Assembly: GCA_001643675.2 (NCBI GenBank)
Contig: LSRY02000047.1
Span: 62,001-126,000 of the forward strand
Direction of reading: 5' to 3'
From: Monocercomonoides exilis PA203
Lineage: Eukaryota; Protista; Preaxostyla
Length of the DNA stretch: 64,000 bases
A program made the position numbers and the translations under genes. Under the pieces are notes generated by a model. It worked only from the letters and a program-made list of their open reading frames with translations, was not told the origin of the DNA and made no database searches. Positions within the stretch are counted from its first letter, which is position 1; the number at the start of each line of letters is the position of its first letter. Below are positions 60,401-64,000 of the stretch, piece after piece.

Positions 60401-63400
60401 GGTGCATGGGGGTGCTTCGATGAGTTCAACAGAATTGATCCAGATGTGATGTCTGTCATCTCCAACCAGATCAGCCGCATCCAGAATGCTCTTAGAGCAC
60501 AGGCCCCGCAGTTCAAGCTCGATGGGACACACGAAGTTGGGCTGGATCCAAAAGTGGGTATATTCATCACAATGAACCCAGGGTATGCAGGGAGAAGCGA
60601 GTTGCCTGATAACTTGAAGGCGCTGTTCAGACCATGTGTGATGGTTGTGCCTGACAAGGAGCAGATCTGCGAAATCCTGCTGTTCTCAGAAGGGTTCGAC
60701 ACAGCCAAGAACCTTGCAAAGAAGATGACTGTCCTGTACAAGCGAGCAGAAGGGCAGCTATCGCAGCAGAAGCACTACGATTTCGGGCTGCGTGCGCTGA
60801 AAGCTGTGCTGGCGATGGCTGGGTCGCTGAAGCGTGCCTCGCCAGACACAGCAGAAGATGTGGTTCTGATGCGTGCACTGAGAGACATGAACCTGCCGAA
60901 GTTTGTGTATCAGGATGTGCCACTGTTCATGGGCTTGATCCACGATCTGTATCCTGATCTTGAGCTGCCCAAGCAGAGCTATCCAGAATTCAATGAGGCA
61001 GTTGAAGAGGTGATGAGGAGTCATGATTATGTTGTGACAGAACAACAAGTGCTGAAGGTGATTCAGCTGTACGATACAATGTTCACTCGACACACCACAA
61101 TGGTTGTGGGACCGTCGGGTGGAGGGAAGACAGTTGTTATCCAGCTGCTGCAGGAGGCACAGACACGATTGGGATATCCGACTAAGCTGTATGTGCTGAA
61201 CCCGAAGAGCATCTCAATCAACGAGCTGTATGGTGTCTCTGACCCGAACACAAATGACTGGGAAGATGGGCTGTTGTCGAACATATTCAGGTACATCAAC
61301 ACAACACCGATGGAAAAGAGAGAGAGGAGGTACATTGTGTATGATGGAGATGTGGATGCACACTGGGTGGAGAACATGAACTCTGTGATGGACGACAACC
61401 GGCTGCTTACTCTTCCAAACAGAGAAAGAATCTACCTCCGCAGAGAATGTGCTATGCTCTTTGAGGTCGGAAACTTGGCACATGCCTCACCTGCCACTGT
61501 GTCTCGTTGCGGTATGGTGTATGTGGATCCTCACGATCTACCGCCACGTGTATACTTCTTACGCTGGCTGGCATCGCGCCCAAAGGAAGAACAAGATGCC
61601 CTGAGAACATGGCACGATCGCTATGTGCCAAAGTGCTTTGAGTACATCTTCGAAGGACTGATTGATGGAATCCCTGTGACTGAAGACGAGAAGAAGGGAG
61701 ATTCGTCATCGGCTGCTGCCAATGCGGCAGCACTCGACAGCGGCGAGCCGACAGAAGTGGATCCGATTGAAGCAGCGATGGGCAACCAGAAGACAGGAAT
61801 AGGCGAAGATGGACGTTTGCTCCAGGCTGTGCCACAGTCTGCCATCTCACTCACCGCCCAGCTGTGTGGATTGTATCAGGCACTTGTGCCACCAGAAGGG
61901 TTGGATGTCGTGAAGTATGATGAACCAGTGAGGCACATGCTTTTCATCTTTGCACTTGCATGGGCAATGGGCGGCTCATTGCTCGAGGGATCAAGACAGA
62001 AATTCGACGAGTTTTTGAAGCGAACAGTGGATCTTTCAGTCATTTCAGCACCCGAACACGATGCTGGTGTGAATCAACTGCCTGGTCAGTTACCGACTTT
62101 GTTTGACTTCTATTTCGATGTTGAGAAGAGAGCGTGGAAGGCGTGGGAGACACGTGTGACTCCGTATGAGCCTCCGCCTGATCGACTGTTCTGCAACATT
62201 CTTGTTCCCACCGTGGATACAGTCAGACACATTGCTATTCTGTCGCTTCTTGTGGAACAGAAGGTGCCTGTGCTGTTCATTGGAGAGTCTGGAACAGCGA
62301 AGACAGTGACCATTCAGAACTACCTCCGCTCACTGAACCCAGAAAGCACTGCATCGTTGAATATCAACTTCTCAAATCGCACAAACTCTCTCATTCTGCA
62401 GCGTACACTCGATGACAACTTGGACAGACCATTGATGGGAGTGATTCGCCCACGTGCAGGGAAGAAGATGATTGTGTTTGCAGATGACATCAACATGCCT
62501 CAGATGGACAACGAAGAGACACAACAGCCAATCGCACTGCTGAAGTTCCTGTTCGACCGCGGCGGGTTATACGGTCGCTCATCTGCTGATTTGTCATTCA
62601 GAAAGTATGCAGACATCCAGTTTGTGTGTGCGATGGGTCCACCTGGTGGAGGAAGGCACCCGACCGATGTGCGTTTCACTTCAAAGTTCTCAATCTTCAA
62701 TCTTCCTTTCCCAACTGTCTCTTCTCTTAAACGCATCTACGAATCTATCCTGAACCACCACTTCGAGCCATTCAGTCAGGAGATTAGACAGGCGGTGCCT
62801 GTGTTGGTGGAGAACACCCTCATCCTCTACTTCACCGTCACCAACCAGCTCCCTGCCACTCCAAAGAAGTTCCACTACATCTTCAATCTTCGCGACTTGT
62901 CTCGTGTGACTGAAGGGCTCACCCTCTCCACACCTGGCAAGTTCCCTTCGCTTCAGACAGTGCTGCGCCTGTGGTGCCACGAAATCCTGCGTGTCTTCCA
63001 GGACAGGCTGATCGACTACAACGACCGCGAACTTGTCAGAACAAAGATGAGAGAGCTGGTCACTCAATCGTGGCCAGAACTGGCTGAAAACGCATATTCC
63101 GAGCCACTTCTGTTCGGATCATACAAAAAGGCGAATCTTTCTGTGGGAGATCCAATCCCAGGCGAGCTGGATGAGAAGGAGAAGGAGGCAGAAGCAGCAG
63201 GCGGAGCATCAGCATCGTCGTCTGCAAGTGATGCTGGAGACGATCCGAAGGAGTATGAAGATCTGGAGAACTTTGATGCAATCAAGCCAGTTGTGGAAGA
63301 GTGCTTAGAGACATACAACGAGACGAGGTTGAGAATGAATCTTGTGATGTTTGCAGATGCACTGCAGCATCTGGCGCGTATCCACAGAATCATCCGAATG

Positions 63401-64000
63401 TGCCGAGGAAACGCTCTGCTTATCGGCTACGGAGGGTTCGGTAAGCAGTCGCTGACGAAGCTGGCGACGTTCATCGCTGGCTACAGCCTATTCCAGATCA
63501 CTTTGTCAAGAGGATATGGAGATGAGGCGTTCAGACAGGATCTGAAGAAGCTGTATCAGATGCTTGGTGTGCAGAATAAAGAAGTGGTGTTCCTGTTTAC
63601 TGATGCGCATGTGGTGAACTCGTCGTTCTTGGAGTACATCAACTCGATGCTCACGTCAGGAATGGTGCCAGCGCTGTATGCCGAAGACGAGAAGGATGCG
63701 ATCATCCGCGAGCTGAGTGAGGAGATGACGCGATTCGGTTTGTTCTCACGAGATGAGTGTTGGAACCACTTTGTGAACAAGTGCAGAAACAACCTGCACA
63801 TTGTGCTGTGTATGTCGCCTGCGGGTGACACTCTGCGTATTCGGTGCAGAAACTTCCCAGGGCTTGTCAGCAACACGTGCATCGACTGGTTCGAGTCGTG
63901 GTCTGACGATGCGCTTATCCCCGTGGCGAATGTGTTCCTGGCAGATGAGGATCTGCCTGACGAGCATCATGAGAACATCATCCTGCACATGGTGAGTGTG
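54495..64000 (+). CDS. DNAH10: Axonemal inner-arm dynein heavy chain, DNAH10 / I1(f)-alpha-like; start uncertain, runs off the window end
   Basis: Long exon from ~54890: EINYWRAR, FLGTLERHF, RHWEEL, QKKWLYLENIF, FPRFFFIS, P1 GPAGTGKTETVKDL, FDEFNRID, FITMNPGYAGRSELP, HYDFGLRALK, MRALRDMNLPKFV, RHTTMVVGPSGGGKT, GESGTAKT, G.GG.GKQSL. Confidence 0.92.

Noticed and set aside
55282-63995. Many short ORFs, mostly on the minus strand
   Set aside because: Shadows of the GC-rich dynein exon, which the ORF track omits because it has no stop within the window.
1-64000. CRISPR arrays, rRNA, tRNA or prokaryotic operons
   Set aside because: No repeat-spacer array or structural RNA signature was recognised by eye; gene structure is eukaryotic with spliceosomal introns. 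Small RNAs could be missed without a covariance search.

Overview
AT-rich, intron-containing eukaryotic DNA using the standard genetic code, from a flagellated protist. The gene families and low-complexity style resemble the oxymonad Monocercomonoides; this is inferred, not verified. Housekeeping genes: NAP1, AP-2 sigma, a PH-AGC kinase, a SIRT2-class sirtuin, a PHO80-like cyclin, SRP receptor beta, a MOK-type kinase, a divergent Rab-like GTPase and the 5' part of a DNAH10-like axonemal dynein. There is also a cathepsin B pseudogene. The most striking feature is two paralogous, intronless, ~8 kb receptor-like genes (9171-17270 and 45996-53804). Each has a signal peptide, a strongly diverged beta-helix ectodomain, one TM helix and a conserved, catalytically dead TKL-like kinase C-lobe. 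They share a ~0.87 kb 3' block and show patchwork DNA identity. Both lie next to remnants of the same pogo/DDE_1 transposase and to related TA-flanked ~1 kb foldback elements. The second copy is split by one in-frame TAA at a module boundary. Exon boundaries and identity estimates were read by eye.
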